DNA of 64,000 nucleotides from Felis catus. Its lineage: Eukaryota. The DNA is taken from the NCBI RefSeq assembly GCF_018350175.1, contig NC_058368.1, positions 109,494,001 through 109,558,000 of the forward strand. The letters are read 5' to 3'. The position numbers and the translations under genes were made by a program. The notes beneath the pieces were generated by a model. The model saw only the letters and a program-made list of their open reading frames with translations. It was not told the DNA's origin and did not search any database. Shown here one piece after another: positions 12,901 through 26,185 of this stretch (position 1 is its first letter; each line of letters starts with the position of its first letter).

Positions 12901-13749
12901 TTAACTGACACAGCGCCCCTTCCTCAATGGGAATAAAACACCTCAGTCTAGAATTATGAAACCAAGAGCTCCTGCTTCAGTTATGCATATTTCCAAAGTA
13001 GACCAACAAATGTATTTTCAGATTAAAGGGAAAATTTACATACACTAATTCAGATGACAGTATTTATAGCATTAATTACATAAGTCCTGACTCCCTTATT
13101 TAGCCCCAGAACCAATTCCTTATCGGTCACATAGTCAACATTTCCCCCTCCCCCCCAACAGCCCTGGGCCCTCCCTCCCCCTTCCCGCCGACCAGGGCCT
13201 CACAGCTGGCAAGAGGACACAGCTTCCTTCACTGTCACAGCCCAGCCTCTCAGACACACCCAGATCCAGCCTCAGACACCAGAGGACAGGCAGACACAAT
13301 CCCCAAAAGGCTCCCCTCCCCCAGGTGAATTATAAACACCTTTAGAAAGTTGGCTATTGGTGGGCTCAGCCCTATAGAGACCCCTGCAGGGACCACCCGA
13401 ACCGAGAGCCCTGCAGAACGCATTCCGACTGGGGCCCAAACAAACATCCACTGGGCTGTATCCAGAATCGCTGGTTCCTGGGGGAATGGCTGCCTCAGAC
13501 CGGACCACTGAGGTGGGACCTGCCTGGAATCGCACCCGGGATCTGAGCGCTTAGGCGGGGAGTGGGGATGGGAGAGGAGTGGAGGGGAAGGCAAAGAAGG
13601 CCCAAGGTCTTCGGGATCCAAGTCTGCAACTCATTTGAAAGACTCCCTAGGATCCTTTGGGGTTTCATCTTCACAGTCTGTGCCCATCCAACAGCACCTG
13701 CGCGGCTAGGAATCTCCCCCCCCCCCCCCAATCAGTGCAGAAACACCCC

Positions 13750-14850
13750 GGGAGATGTGGGGGTCCGGAGGATCCTGGATCCCCCCCGCCCCCCCTCCCC
13801 GGCCTCCGCGGCTCCTGGGCCCCCAGTCTGTCCTCGCACCTGGTCCGAACCAGGCAGGTATTTATTTGCTCCTTCCCGCGAAGGGGGTCTGTCTCTCGTG
13901 CGCCCAAAGTGGACGCCCCCTCCCGACGCCCCGGGACCCCGCGCTAGCGCCTCGAAGAGCTCGTTCGGGTGTCCCCGAGCTGACAGCCCGCCCGGCGCCC
14001 CCCGCCAGCTGCAGGGCGGCCCCTTCCCAGCGCCCCGCGCCTCTCGCGCGCGCCGCGGCCCGGCAGGGCCCTCACCGAGAAGCGCTCCAGGTCAGTGGCC
14101 GCCATGGCTAGCTCCGCACCGGGCGGGCGGGCCGGGGCGAGCACCCGGGCCGCGACGGGGACCAGCCGGCTGCGGGACGCGCTCCGCCCGGGCGGCTGCG
14201 GCTGAATGGATCCAATATGGCCACTTCCTGGAAACTCCCCTTGGCGGCGGCGGCGGGAGAAGTCGCGGAGCCGCCCCCGCCCCCGCCCGCGGGACCGGCC
14301 TCCCCGCCCGGCCCCGCCACGAGCGCAGCCCGAGCCCCACTTGGACGGCCGGGGGTCTCCGCGGCGAGGCGGGAGGTGCAAGCTGCGAGGGCTGCTGGGA
14401 CTTGTAGTCCGCGAGTTGGGGGTCCGGGAGGGCAGTGCCTGGGGGGCCAGGGGCCGGTGCGCGTGTCTCTGGGAGGCTGGGGCCGAGCCGGGGTGGTTGT
14501 GGCTGGGCCCCCGCGCGCTAGGAAACCAGTTCCATGGTGAGGACAGTGGGGTGCTGCGTGCGCCTTAGGGGTATCCCCGACCAAGCCGCTTCCACCCCGT
14601 CCGAGGCTGCAAATGCGCTGGGACCACCGAGCAGAGTGTCGACAGGCTACTTGCCGCCGGTCAGGTCCAGGAGAGACCGCCTCAGCCTCGCACTCCCGTG
14701 CCCTAGGCCCCACCTGATGCTCTGGTCGGAACCAGGGCGGGACCTGGGGCGGGACCCGCGAGTCTGCCCAGGCGGCCTTCCTGGGAAAGGACCCAACCTG
14801 GGGCTCCTGCGAGTTGACTCCTCGCAGGATGCTCTTTTCACCTCGACGGT
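13750..14850. promoter_or_regulatory. CpG island / SEPTIN8 promoter
   Basis: Very GC- and CpG-rich, multiple GC boxes; CCAAT (14212), ETS-like CAGGAAGTG (minus) and GAS-like TTCCTGGAA (14225-14233) just upstream of the start codon. Confidence 0.85.
14076..14105 (-). CDS. SEPTIN8: Septin-8 coding exon 1 (MAATDLERFS)
   Basis: gccATGG Kozak start at 14105; 30 nt to TCG|GTGAG donor; peptide matches the SEPT8 N-terminus; inside a CpG island. Confidence 0.95.
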
Positions 14851-15732
14851 CAAGGCACCAGAGTGCAAGTTCTCATCACCCTGCTTGCCCCAGGGGCTTG
14901 GGGCGACATAGTAGTGGAATCTGGGCTCTGTGCAAAGATGATGACGGATCCTAATGCATGCACATTCTCTCTGCTGAACTCACTATTGAAAACACACACA
15001 AATCTCAGAAAAATAACACTTCTGCCCAAGTGTTGGCTTCAGCCGGCTCTCGTCCTTTTCACTGACTAGCCACACAAAATTTAGCTCCAAGTCATCTAAA
15101 ACGCTCCTTTTTCTTTCCTCCCCTTCTGCCTCTCTGCTCTCCCTTTGGGAAGATGGCAAGGTTTGCCTCCACTGGCCTCACCTCGGGTCATTCCACCCTC
15201 CATACCTCCTCCTCACCACCTCCAATATCTTCCTGAAAAACAACTCGGCCAGTCCCTCCTACTCAGAAACTTGTACTGACTAGAGGTGCCCAAAGACCGT
15301 ATCTGGACTTGGAAAACTTAGTTTTAAGGGGAGCTCCCTTCCTGCCCCTTCCACTGGCTCACAGGGAGGTAGGTGACTTTCTCTCCCCAAAAGGGCTTTC
15401 TCCTCTCTTCTCTCCCAGGCAAATTGTAGCTTGTCACCAGAGTGAACTGAGTCCTTTCCGACTCAATGTGTTTTTCCTTTGTTCCTCTCTATCATGGTGT
15501 TTCACGTGCTGTATAGTAGTAATCTACAAGAAATAGGCAGGGCGGTGGCAAAGTGAGGTGGACAAATGACAAGCCGCCTGGGTTGGAGTCCTGCCTCCAG
15601 TCCCTAGCTAACTTTTTAACCTTACATAATTAACTGTTCCTCTTTTTCGTCATCCTAAAAATAAGAATTAGAGTACTTATGTCACAGGATTAAATGAGAC
15701 AAAATAAGTCAAGGGCTTTAAACTATACTTGA

Positions 15733-15939
15733 GGGGCACCCGGGTGGCTCAGTTGGTTGAGCGTCCGTCTTTGGCTCCAGTCATGAACTCACTGTTCATG
15801 GGTTCAAGCCCCGAAGTGGGCTCTGTGCTGACGGCTCAGAGCCTGGAGTCTGCTTCAGATTCTGTGTCTCCCCGCCACTGCTCCTCCCCCCCCACTCCCC
15901 CGCCTCACGCTCTGTTTTCTCTCTCTCTCTCTCAAAAAT

Positions 15940-15989
<50 letters not shown>

Positions 15990-16027
15990 GAAGGAAGGAA
16001 GGAAGGAAGGAAGGAAGGAAGAAAGAA
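15733..16027 (+). mobile_element. CAN-SINE whose tail has expanded into a (GAAA)n(GGAA)n microsatellite
   Basis: SINE head ggggcacccgggtggctcag; repeat at 15940-16027; TSD ctatacttga. Confidence 0.9.
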
Positions 16028-16264
16028 GCTATACTTGAAATAAAACGCTTAATAAAATGTCCCTCTCTAGACTATAAAAGCCTTAATGTCAGAGCAGAGA
16101 GACAGAGAGAGATGAGATCAATGTTAAATTGATCATCCTCAACCATCTCTGCTGTTTCCCTTTTTTCCACCATAAGTGGCAAGAAATCTTTCCCAAATGC
16201 CATTTTCTGCATCACAACTCCCTGAGATCTGCCCTAAATTATCTTTAAAATGATCTTTTTTTCA

Positions 16265-16478
16265 GGGCACCTGGGTGGCTCAGTCATTTAAGTGTCCGAC
16301 TTAGGCTTGGGTCATGATCTCGTCATTTGTGAGTTCAAGCCCTGCTTCAGGCTGTGTGCTGACAGCTTGGAGCATGGAGCCTGCTTCAGATTCTGTCTCC
16401 CTCTCTCTCTGCCCCTCCCCTACATGCTGTCTCTCTCTCTCTCTCAAAATAAAATAAAATAAAAACATAACATTTTTT
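16265..16478 (+). mobile_element. CAN-SINE
   Basis: SINE body; TSD taaa(a)tgatctttttt. Confidence 0.9.
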
Positions 16479-16641
16479 AAATGATCTTTTTTCCCTTAGT
16501 TGGGCATGTTTCAAAATGTCTACATCTAGTAGTCCCAGCTGATGGCCATGAGAAGGAACAACCCAGATTACAGCTGACTTTCTTCTCTTGGGATATGTTC
16601 ACTTGACTAGGGGAATTTACATCTACTCCCCAAACCCTGGA

Positions 16642-16768
16642 TTTCTTTTTTCTTTCTTCCTCTTCTTTTTCGTCTTCGTCTTCGTCTTCTCCTTCCCCTT
16701 CTTCATCTTCTTCCTCTTCTCTCTTCTTCTCCTCCTCTTCCCCCTCCTCTCCCTTCCCTTCCCCCTCC
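16642..16768. repeat. Polypyrimidine/(TTC)n-like low-complexity tract
   Basis: Nearly pure C/T on plus; gives a spurious Glu-rich ORF on minus. Confidence 0.85.
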
Positions 16769-16927
16769 AATGCTACTACTGGTCAAAACTACTGAAGGAG
16801 TAAGAGTTACCTATGGGGACACAAAGATGAATGCAACAGTCATTTCTCACATGAGCCAAAGTGTTATTTTTTTGGCAACTTTTCCAAGTGTTCCTCAAAT
16901 TCCTCATACGGAGAAGTGCATAGATGG

Positions 16928-16928
<1 letters not shown>

Positions 16929-16964
<36 letters not shown>
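16929..16964. repeat. (AC)n microsatellite
   Basis: Direct reading. Confidence 0.95.
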
Positions 16965-16966
<2 letters not shown>

Positions 16967-17199
16967 CATGGTCTCACAGTTAAATAACTGTGTGTATGAA
17001 TGCTGAGTTCCATACAGGGAAAAAAAAAAAGATTTCTGTAGAGGTTCTCAGATCTTTTGATAAGCCAGTATGCATTGTCACTACCTGAGAGGTAAAAGGA
17101 ATACACAGCTTTCCTCAAATTTAGTCGTCTACCCCTCTGCCCCCACCCTACAGACACATCCAGCACCACACTGAACTTGAACATGACAGACCTCACTGC

Positions 17200-19410
17200 T
17201 GCTTATCTTTTACGTTTATGGTTTCTTTTGCCATACAAAAGTTTAAACTCTTAGTGTTGTAAAGTTTACCTATTATTTCCTGTATGGTTTTCCCCATAAA
17301 ACCTCTTTTTAAAAAATCCTGCCCTCTCTCAAATTCATAAAGATATTCCCTTTGTATTTTCTTACAAAGCATTTTTAAAATTTTTGTCACATTTAGGTCC
17401 ATCCACGATTTGTTTATTCACGTACCAAGCCAATTGTTCCATCTTTCCCCACTGCTGCACAATGCAAATAGTATCACAGACTAGATTTCTGTATGCATAT
17501 GTGCAGGTCTGTGGATCAGTTAGGATCAGGTTCCATCGCTTCCACAAGATAAAAGTTTCTTTCTTTCCCATGTTATCCACAGAGGCAGTCTAGGTGATGT
17601 GACATTCTATACATACCTTGTGTGTTGCTTTAGTTTGAAAGGTCCTGACCTCATGGTCCCACATAGTGAAATCTGCATTCCAGGCAGCAGGAAGGAATGA
17701 AGGTGATAAAGAGAAAATGATCCAATACTGTCAAACGATTCACAAGCTGCCCCATGGTAGCCAGAGCTGGGAAACGGGGTCTTTATTCTGGCCATCACAT
17801 ATATGCTAAAAATTCCAGACAATGTTAAGGGAGCAGACACCTGGGAAATAGCAGCCATCTCTGCCAAATCTGCTTTGGGACTATTTATTCTGTTTCAGTA
17901 AGGTGCCTGAAAAATTCTTGTTTTTAATATTTTAAAATTTTATTTGTAGATGTATCAGAAAATTAAAATATAAAAAAGTAACAAACAAGAACATAATCAG
18001 CTGTGTATGACTTTTCAGAATCAACCACAGAAATGACCATGACGTTATATCATTCCAGAAAGCTCTCTGTGCATAAAGATAGGAGGAAAGATCACAGAGA
18101 TACTTTATAAGAATTGAACCTTAATATAGATGCTATTTAATAGAAGTATTACATTTAATTTTACTTCAACTTAAAAGAATTTCAAGTGAAACTGAAGGAA
18201 GAGTTGACCTTCAAATAATATTTCTTGACCACAAAAGACATTACTTGTTAAAGGTACCTCTGAGGTTAAACAAAAATGGTGAAAAACATTAAGATATTCA
18301 GTCGTTTTTTAAAATGATACATTTCAGGGGTGCCTGGGTGGCTCAGTCAGTTAAGTGTTGGACTTTTGATTTCAGCTCAGGTCATGATCTCATGGTTTCA
18401 TGAGTTCGAGCCCTGCATTGGGCTCTGTACTAACAGTGCAGAGCCTGCTTGGGATTTTCTCTCCCTTTCTGCCCCTTCCCCGCTCCTGTTTGCTCTCTCT
18501 CTCTCTCAAAATAAATAAACTTTAAGGGAGCATCTTAGATCTCAGGATTCTTTCCCTTTTTACATCTCCCTTGACCCTGTCTCCTGACTTTTGTTACTTA
18601 TATTATTCTTGCTACATTGTCCGGGTTGATGAGAAACATATTCTGTTCTGTAAAAACACAATTGCATAGTTACTTGGTATATATTCTAGATTTAAATGAA
18701 TTCCAAGTCTTTTATCATGGCTTTTCTGTTTGCAAGTTCTTTATTTCAATTCATCTCTTCATGCACTGAGTTTCATCGTCAAGCTGTGTTTTCAAGAAGG
18801 GTTTTGGATGTTTAAGAATCTCTGTTGCCTTTACACTGGAATCATATCTTGGCTGGGTATAATATTCTTGGGTCTCACCCTCTTTCCCTTAGAATAATGT
18901 AGGTTTTGCTCTTTTTGCTCTGGAAGAAATCTGAGACAAGTCTGAATGTTCCCCCTTAGAGGTGACCTCTTTTTCCTGCTTATATGCCTAAAGAAATCAC
19001 TTTTCATCATTTTTTTTTAGTTCAATACTTTAACTAGCACATGTCTTAGTATTAAACATTCTGAATTAAGCTTTTCTGGAACAAAATGTGTCTTTCAATC
19101 TGCAGTTATTGTTTCTGCTGCATTAGACATTCTCTTTTGGCTCTATTTTTGGTTTTTCTTCTTCAGGGATATCAATTCATCCTCATATTGGATCATCTTT
19201 GTATGCATTCCCTTTCTATTACTTCTACTTTCTTAAATCTCTTAACTTTGTTTAGCTGCCCTAGTTCGGTCCTGTGAGTTTCAGTGTGGTTAATTGCTTT
19301 CTTCTTAGTTCTAATTTATTTCTTTGTTCTATAATGATGTTGTTTTTGTCCTCAATTTTTTCCTTGTCATTGATTCTCATTTTATCATCCCATCTTTGAG
19401 ACTTTGATAA
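17200..19410 (-). mobile_element. Degraded old L1/HAL1-type fragments interrupted by other repeats
   Basis: T-rich antisense-LINE composition and L1-like phrases (cttggctgggtataatattcttgggtc); family assignment by recall only. Confidence 0.5.
18327..18524 (+). mobile_element. CAN-SINE
   Basis: ggggtgcctgggtggctcagtc head, B-box gagttcgagccc, A tail. Confidence 0.9.
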
Positions 19411-19411
19411 T

Positions 19412-19440
19412 TATTTTTTTTAATGTTTATTTATTTTTGA

Positions 19441-19491
<51 letters not shown>

Positions 19492-19693
19492 TGTGAGCAG
19501 GGGAGGGGCAGAGAGAGAGGGAGACACAGAATCTGAAGCAAGCTCCAGGCTCTGAGCTGTCAGCACAGAGCCCAATGTGGGGCTCGAACCCACAAACTGC
19601 GAGATCATGACCTGAGTTGCAATTGGATGCTTAACCAACTGAACCACCCAGGTGCCCCTGATAATTACTTTTTCAAATTTATTTATTTATTTT

Positions 19694-19725
<32 letters not shown>

Positions 19726-19912
19726 GGGGAGAGAGAGAGAGAAAGAGAGAGTACATGAGTGAATGAGGCAGGGAGGGGCAGAGAAAGAATCCCAAACAGG
19801 TGCTGTCAGCATGGAACCCAACATGGGGCTGGATCCCACAAATCGTGAGATCATGCCCTAAGCGGAAACCAAGAGCTGGATGCTTAACCAACTGAGACAA
19901 CCAGGCATCCCG
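19412..19912 (-). mobile_element. Two adjacent antisense CAN-SINEs (about 19412-19658 and 19676-19912)
   Basis: Two T-tails with (GA)n and reverse SINE heads (...cacccaggtgcccc). Confidence 0.9.
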
Positions 19913-20209
19913 GGCCTTGGATTATTAAATTCATATTCTTATTGTTTTCTATGTGAAGCAACTGAAAGGAATTTCATTGGGGTGGGGTCAGAGGAGTCTT
20001 TGTCTTTTGCCCTACTGTTTTCTCTCTATTTATTATTTGTTGCATGTGTTTGCATCCATTTCTTTTCATTTTGATTTGATGGCTGCTGGAACATGAGAGC
20101 AGGAGAGGGGCTCATTGACTATCTCCCCACTGTTTGAGACCAGTCTGTTTTTCCCTCTGAGCTAAGTGAGAGGCAGAGTATTTGGATTTTGTACACTTTT
20201 TGGTAGTCA

Positions 20210-20259
20210 GAAGGGAAGGGAAGGGAAGGGAAGGGAAGGGAAGGGAAGGGAAGGGAAGG
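20210..20259. repeat. (GAAGG)n pentanucleotide repeat
   Basis: Direct reading. Confidence 0.9.
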
Positions 20260-21498
20260 AGAGAGAAGAACTCAACCAAAGCAGAGTGCAGTCTTTGTTG
20301 GAATACTGGTGTGTGCTTCTGTCCTGAGGTTCTGATTAATGTCCTGCACAAGGCTCAGGTCACCTGACTGGGGATGGAAAGAAGGACACTATATACCTTT
20401 TACAAGGAAAGGGGATAAGCCAGGCTTTACATCAGTTTCTCAAGTTGGAGTATTATTCTAGATGCTTTATTTCCACCGAGTCAGCTCCACTGGTCATGCT
20501 CCCAGCTTCCCCTGTTTCTCCCCGGCACACTTGGTAATACGATTCATTCAGAAGAGGAAGAAGGTAAGGGCATGACTCACATCTGTTTCCTTTCCGGTTC
20601 AGGAGCACTAGGGAGAATGTCCAGGATTTTGTCCATTTCTGGAGGTTCAGGACAGGCGAGGGAGCAGGAGATGTTGTGCCACTCCGTGTCATTCCAAAAC
20701 GTTCTGCATCTTTCACTGGCTGCCAAATGTGAAGTTTATCATGTTGGCTGTTGATAGTAAATCTCCACTGTGGTTTATCTCTCTTTTGTTAGGAACTGGG
20801 AAAGACAAATGCTGTGGGGAAGCTTTAATCCACTACCTATATCTCGAAGTGCCCCTACGCATTTTTAAAAACAGTGTTTACTGTCACTGGCTTTCACGTC
20901 TGACTGGTATCATTGCAATGTGAACCAACGCAAAGCCAAGAGCCGACCCAAGAAGCCTACTGGATCCCAGGCACTGAGCTCACAAGTCCCAGGATGTCCC
21001 AACCAGGCAGGCAAATGCTCCCATTGTGCAAGTCATGACTCTGAAAAGCTGGATTTAGGAATCAGAGTCAAGGGGCAGTCCTGCCGTGTTGAAGCCCGGA
21101 CCAGGAGTCCTGGCCTGCTGGAAAAGTCATCCTGAAGAGAAGGAACTGTGTTGACTCCTTCTTCCAGAAAGACCGGACAGAGTTTACACCAAAGCTGGAT
21201 GTAGAAGCCGTGTGGCCCAAGGGGAGCAACCAGCAGAAAGCCCTTCCCTAGCTCAGGGGTTTCCAGTTGTCCCCTGCCTCAGAGGTCCACAGTGGGAACT
21301 GCATGCTGGGGATGGGACAAGAAGGAAAACTAGGCTCCCTGCCTCCCACCAGAACATTGTCATGGACACCTGTTCACAAAGTACTACGAATGCCTAGGAA
21401 AGCCTTGGAGATGAGAATCTCTGCCTGTTTTTCACAAAAGAGGCTTTCCTAGAGCATGGGTCCCTGGGTCCCCTGGAGAACCCTGAGACCATGGTTCA

Positions 21499-21880
21499 CA
21501 GGGACACATCCAGGTTTTTTTTTAACTGTTTTGTTATAAGTTTATTTATTTATTTTTTTTGGGGGGAGAGGGAATCCCAAGCAGGCTCCACACTGCCAGC
21601 ACTGAGCCCGCTGTGAGGCTCGAATTCACAAACCATGAGATCGTGAGCCAAAACCAAGAGTTGGACACTTAACCAACTGAACCACCCAGGCGCCCCTACA
21701 TCCAGGTTTTACAGGGCCTGAAGCTTATAGAATGTGGAAGGCTTTCTTTGAGAAAAAGAATACACGATTATAAGCACAAGGTTAGGTATGGAAGTGATTA
21801 TTTAAAAGGAATTTGGGAGGGGCCCATGTAAGTGGGAGGCCTCGAAATTTAAGCTTCCTGTGTTTCAGGAGATCCAGGAG
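21499..21880. mobile_element. Short hAT-Tip100 (Arthur1-like) DNA transposon remnant with a nested antisense CAN-SINE (about 21515-21696)
   Basis: atccaggtttt..gggcctgaagcttat... and ...gggcccatgtaagtgggaggcc..ttaagcttc resemble Arthur1 ends; SINE flanked by TSD ACATCCAGGTTTT (21506-21518 / 21698-21710). Confidence 0.6.
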
Positions 21881-22685
21881 GTCCAGGATGCCCTCAGTAA
21901 ATGAGCCACAGAGGCACCACCGGTCCCCAGTCCTTCAGTCTGTAGGGACTCCTGAGCAACCCCTGTGGTCCAGAACTGCCTGCTGGGGAGGACAGCCCAC
22001 TCCAAGCCTGAGGACAGGCCAGATACCAACTTTCCAAGGGGCACCATGTGACTTGTCAGAAGAACCTACTCACGGCCCTGCCCCACCCCCATTCCCCAAC
22101 AGGCACATGGAACCCGGGCCTCCCTGAGGTGGAAGCATGTCTGCCCCTCCAAGGTAGTTGTGACAAAAGAGAATTCTCTGGGGAAAAATTGTCCAGTAAC
22201 CAGAGGGGTGTGGTCTATGTAAGTGAAGGACTTCACATGCTCACATTGTGGAGAGGCCAGCCCATTTCAGCATGGCCTCCATCCCGGAAGGCCAGACAGG
22301 TGGGATACAAGCAGGCGAGAGGAAGCCCCACCTGGGGACACGCCAGACACAGATGAGAAGTTAAAGGGTCATGCTTGTTTGGGAAAATGTGACCTTCAAA
22401 GAGCATGAAGGACATGGAGAGAGAATGAATGCTTCATGCTGGCCAAGGCACTAAAGGAAGCCAGCCATCAGGAAAGGAGACAGTTAACTGGGGAGAAGCA
22501 AGTCGGCATGTGGAGTGATGGTTTCCAACCTGGGCCCAGAGGCGCCGTGCAGAAGAGCGGGGAGAGAAGGGGTACAGCTGGAGGGGCTGCCCCCCACCCT
22601 GCAAACAGCTCCATTCCATCTGCTGTATATAGTGGGCTTTCACTTCAACGAAGGATTCCTCTGCAACTACAAAGAATCCTGAAAA

Positions 22686-22917
22686 GGGGCGCCTGGGTGG
22701 CGCAGTCGGTTAAGCGTCCGACTTCAGCCAGGTCACGATCTCACAGTCCGTGAGTTCAAGCCCCGCGTCGGGCTCTGGGCTGATGGCTCGGAGCCTGGAG
22801 CCTGTTTCCGATTCTGTGTCTCCCTCTCTCTCTGCCCCTCCCCCATTCATGCTCGGTCTCTCTCTGTCCCAAAAATAAATAAAAAACGTTGAAAAAAAAT
22901 TAAAAAAAAAAAAAAAA
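22686..22917 (+). mobile_element. Young feline CAN-SINE (SINEC_Fc-like)
   Basis: Near-identical to the 8724 copy; TSD AAAGAATCCTGAA (22671-22683 / 22915-22927). Confidence 0.95.
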
Positions 22918-23140
22918 GAATCCTGAAGAACCACATCTCTGGGGGGAGTTTAATCAGACAGACAAAACAGGCCTGGAAAAGGCTGGTGCTGGAAGGAATC
23001 TAGAGAAACCAGTGACTCTGAGTCAAAATAGCTGAGAGGTAAGGTTTTACCTGGAACCAAGGGGTTGGCCAGGGAGTTTGGAGGAATGAATTCAAGGGAC
23101 CTGAGAGAAATTACTCTAACTTGAATTTGGAATGGAAATA

Positions 23141-23325
23141 GGGAAACCTGGGTGGTTCAGTCAGTTAATCATCTGACTCTTGATATCAGCTCAGGTCATG
23201 ATCACATGGATCAAGCCCTGCGACCAGCTCTGTGCTAACAGCGCAGAGCCTGCTTGCATTCTCTGTCTTCCTCTTTTTCTGCCCCTCCCCCTCTCTAAAA
23301 TAAATAAATAAACATTGAAAGAAAT
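23141..23325 (+). mobile_element. CAN-SINE (diverged)
   Basis: cctgggtggttcagtcagttaa head, ctcaggtcatgatc, A tail. Confidence 0.85.
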
Positions 23326-23488
23326 AAAACAAATTAGCAATAAAGAACATACACACAGAAGAGGAGGCCAGCTGACTAAGGAACGAAAATAGAACTAAGG
23401 ACCTGGTTAAGGTACAGAACCCAATCTAGATATACTGATGAATAAGAGGCCAAGGCCCCATAACTCACCTATTTGGTTCATAGTACTG

Positions 23489-23703
23489 TTTTTTTTTTTA
23501 ATTTTTTAACGTTTATTTATTTTTGAGAGACAGAGACTGAGCAGGAGAGGAACAGAAAGAGAGGGAGACACAGAATCCAAAGTGGGCTCCAGGCTCCAAT
23601 CTGTCAGCACAGAGCCCAAAGCGGGGCTCGAACTCACAAACTGAGAGATCATGACCTGAGCCGACGTCAGTTGCTCAACCGACTGAGTCACCCAGGCACC
23701 CCC
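23489..23703 (-). mobile_element. CAN-SINE
   Basis: Reverse SINE; TSD CATAGTACTG. Confidence 0.9.
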
Positions 23704-23887
23704 ATAGTACTGCTCTACTAACTATTCCCCCCCTGGTTGGACAAAAGCTCTTAGGAAAGCAGGCAAAGGTTTGAGGGAATGCTCCTCCATTCCCTGGAGT
23801 GTGACAGAACTTCCACTATAGAACGTGGGGCCCATCGGTCCAGGACCTGGTTTGGTACAAGATACTAGACCTGTCTGGGCGGAATGG

Positions 23888-24349
23888 TGGAGTAATCAGA
23901 ATAATGACCTCCCAAAGATATCCCTGTCCTAATCCCAGAACCTGTGGATATGTTCCCTTATATGGCAGAAGGGATTTTGCAAATGTGATTAAGTTAAGGA
24001 TATTGAGACAGAAATTATCTTGGATTATCCAGATGGGCCCAATGTAATCATAAGAGCCTTGCAAGAGGAAGTAGGAGTGTCAGAGAAGAAGATGCAACAG
24101 TGGAAGCAGAGATCAGAATGATGGAGCCCCAAGGCAAGGAATTCAGACAGTTTCCAGAAGTGGAAAAGGCAGAGAGCGGTGCTGGACCCTACGGCCCGCC
24201 AAAGGACCGCACACACCCTTGCCAACGCCTTGGTTTTATCCCAGGAAGACCGTGTTGGACTGCTGGCCTCCAGACCTGTAGGATAACAAACCTGCACTGT
24301 TCAAAGCCACACTGTTGTAATTTTACAGCAGCAGCAGGAAACTTATACA
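23888..24349 (+). mobile_element. MaLR solo LTR (MLT1C/D-like)
   Basis: agaataatg..cccaaagat..cctaatcccagaacctgtg..gtgattaagttaagga..ggattatcca..gggccc..cagcagcaggaaac..taca, typical MLT1 phrases. Confidence 0.8.
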
Positions 24350-24369
24350 GTTGGCATTGTGTCTAAGTG

Positions 24370-24560
24370 CGTGCACTCTGAGCTTGAGCTGTCTACAACC
24401 ACTTGCCAGCTGAATGACCTCGGGTAACTTAATTTACATTCTGTGCCTCAGTTTCCTCATGTGCAAACGAGAATAATAATCATCTCCACCTTTATTGTGA
24501 GGATGAGATGTGAGGTGCTTAAAACCATTCCTGACACAGTAAACTGTCAATAAATGTAAG
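24370..24560. mobile_element. MIR fragment
   Basis: tgacctcgggtaacttaattta..ctgtgcctcagtttcctcat MIR core. Confidence 0.75.
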
Positions 24561-25884
24561 CTGCAGTTAATGTATTATTTTTATTAAATGCTCATCACAA
24601 GATTCAGTTTCACTCTCCTGCTTTGACCTTCCCAACCTGGGATTCAGAAATGAAGTATGATCAGAAGACAAAGCATGACTTCAGAGTCACAGGTATTAAG
24701 GCTGTGCATGGGCACCGTTCATTCACTCATTCAACCAACCGTTTGTTGAGTGCCTATTATGTGCCAGCCACTGTTTCATTGCCAAATGAATGGAGAGAGG
24801 AAACACGACAAAGGATTTCTTCCATACATTGCTTTTGCCTTTTGTCAGGGAAGAAAAAAATCTTTTCAGATGCCCTGTAAAAATTCCCCCGGGGGCCTCA
24901 CTGACCAGAAATGAGTCACATGACCACTCAGAAGTTTTGTGATCGCCAAACGTTGGCTTAAACTATTATAATATGTGTTGGCTGAATTATTGAGAATATT
25001 TAAATCTGCTGTAGAAGGAAAGAAAAGAGAGACAAAACTCATAAGATGTGTTAAGTATAGACAGTAGTTGGTAACTTGCTAGAAGTGCTAGACACAGAAT
25101 AAATGAAACATATGGATGTTGAACATAGATTAAAAAGATACAAGAATACAAGAATGTTACTTGCACATAGAAAAGGATGGAAAAACCAAGTTATAAGATT
25201 AGGATCATGCTAATTCCAGACTGACAGCTGTCAGCCTCAGCTGGGGATGACCCCCAGGCCCCTTGGTGGCCCTCATTATGATCCTGTTCTGGTCCCTTGT
25301 GTACTCTTCCCTCGCTTCCCATAGGGTTACCCACATGCTACGATCGTAGCTAGGAGTACCTACCGGTCCCACGTTTCTTTGATAGAACATCTGTTGGCTC
25401 CAGGGAATTTCTGTCGGCTGAGCCCATTTGTTCAATCTCCATTCTGGGTCTCACGACCACACTGTCAGTGGGGAAGGATGATGGGAGGGAGGGAGCGTGG
25501 GTGGAGAATGTGAACGCCATGGGACACAGGACTCAGGCAGTGTGCTTCCTGCGCCACGTCCACACCTCACCCTAGCGGGTTCCCCTACTCCAACTCTTTC
25601 CCCTTGCTTCTCACTGCAAGCTTTCAATTGAATCCTTAAACTGATTGATTTGACCATCTTAAATTGGTCTATGAGTCCTTCTGTTCATGACCTCTGAACA
25701 GCTTGCCGGATGGAGTCCTTAGAAGCAGCATCGCATCAAGATAATTTCCCGCATGACAAACAAATGATGTTTTGTCCCTTCGGGCTGGAAGCATTGCTAT
25801 CTGAACAAAAGTGGAGTCCTGTTAGAAAGAAGAGGACAATGGTTATTGGGTAGGTGCCTGAAGTCACAAAAGTTGGTCTATTCT

Positions 25885-26185
25885 AAACTGATGGTTTTCA
25901 GAGCAGCAGGGGTGAGGGACGAAACATGGGTGAAGCGGCGTGGGAGGTACAGGCTCCTAGGTACGGAATGGATAAGTCATGAGGATGAAAGGGACAGCAC
26001 AGGGAATATGGTCAGTGGTACTGTAACAGCATTGTATGGAGACAGAGGGTAGTGACACTTGCGGCGATCATATATAACATGCGGCGAGAATACATAACAT
26101 AGAGTTATCCAATCACGATATTGTACACCTGAAACTAATGTAACATTGTGCCTCAACTACAGTTCACTGAAAAAATAAAATAAAA
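25885..26185 (+). mobile_element. L1 3' end (carnivore L1-type), followed by a CAN-SINE at about 26190-26422
   Basis: tgtacacctgaaactaatgtaacattgtg..caactac plus A tail, characteristic L1 3'UTR end. Confidence 0.8.

Noticed and set aside
13562..14911. Several long overlapping ORFs (up to 281 aa) at the SEPTIN8 promoter
   Set aside because: Stop-codon scarcity in a CpG island; Pro/Arg/Gly/Ala-biased with no recognisable domain
16477..16770. Glu/Asp-rich 97-aa ORF (MEGEGKGEEGEEEE...)
   Set aside because: Translation of a simple purine-rich repeat from a TTG start; no exon structure or domain
25337..25350. 14-bp perfect palindrome GCTACGATCGTAGC
   Set aside because: About 4 such palindromes are expected by chance in 64 kb
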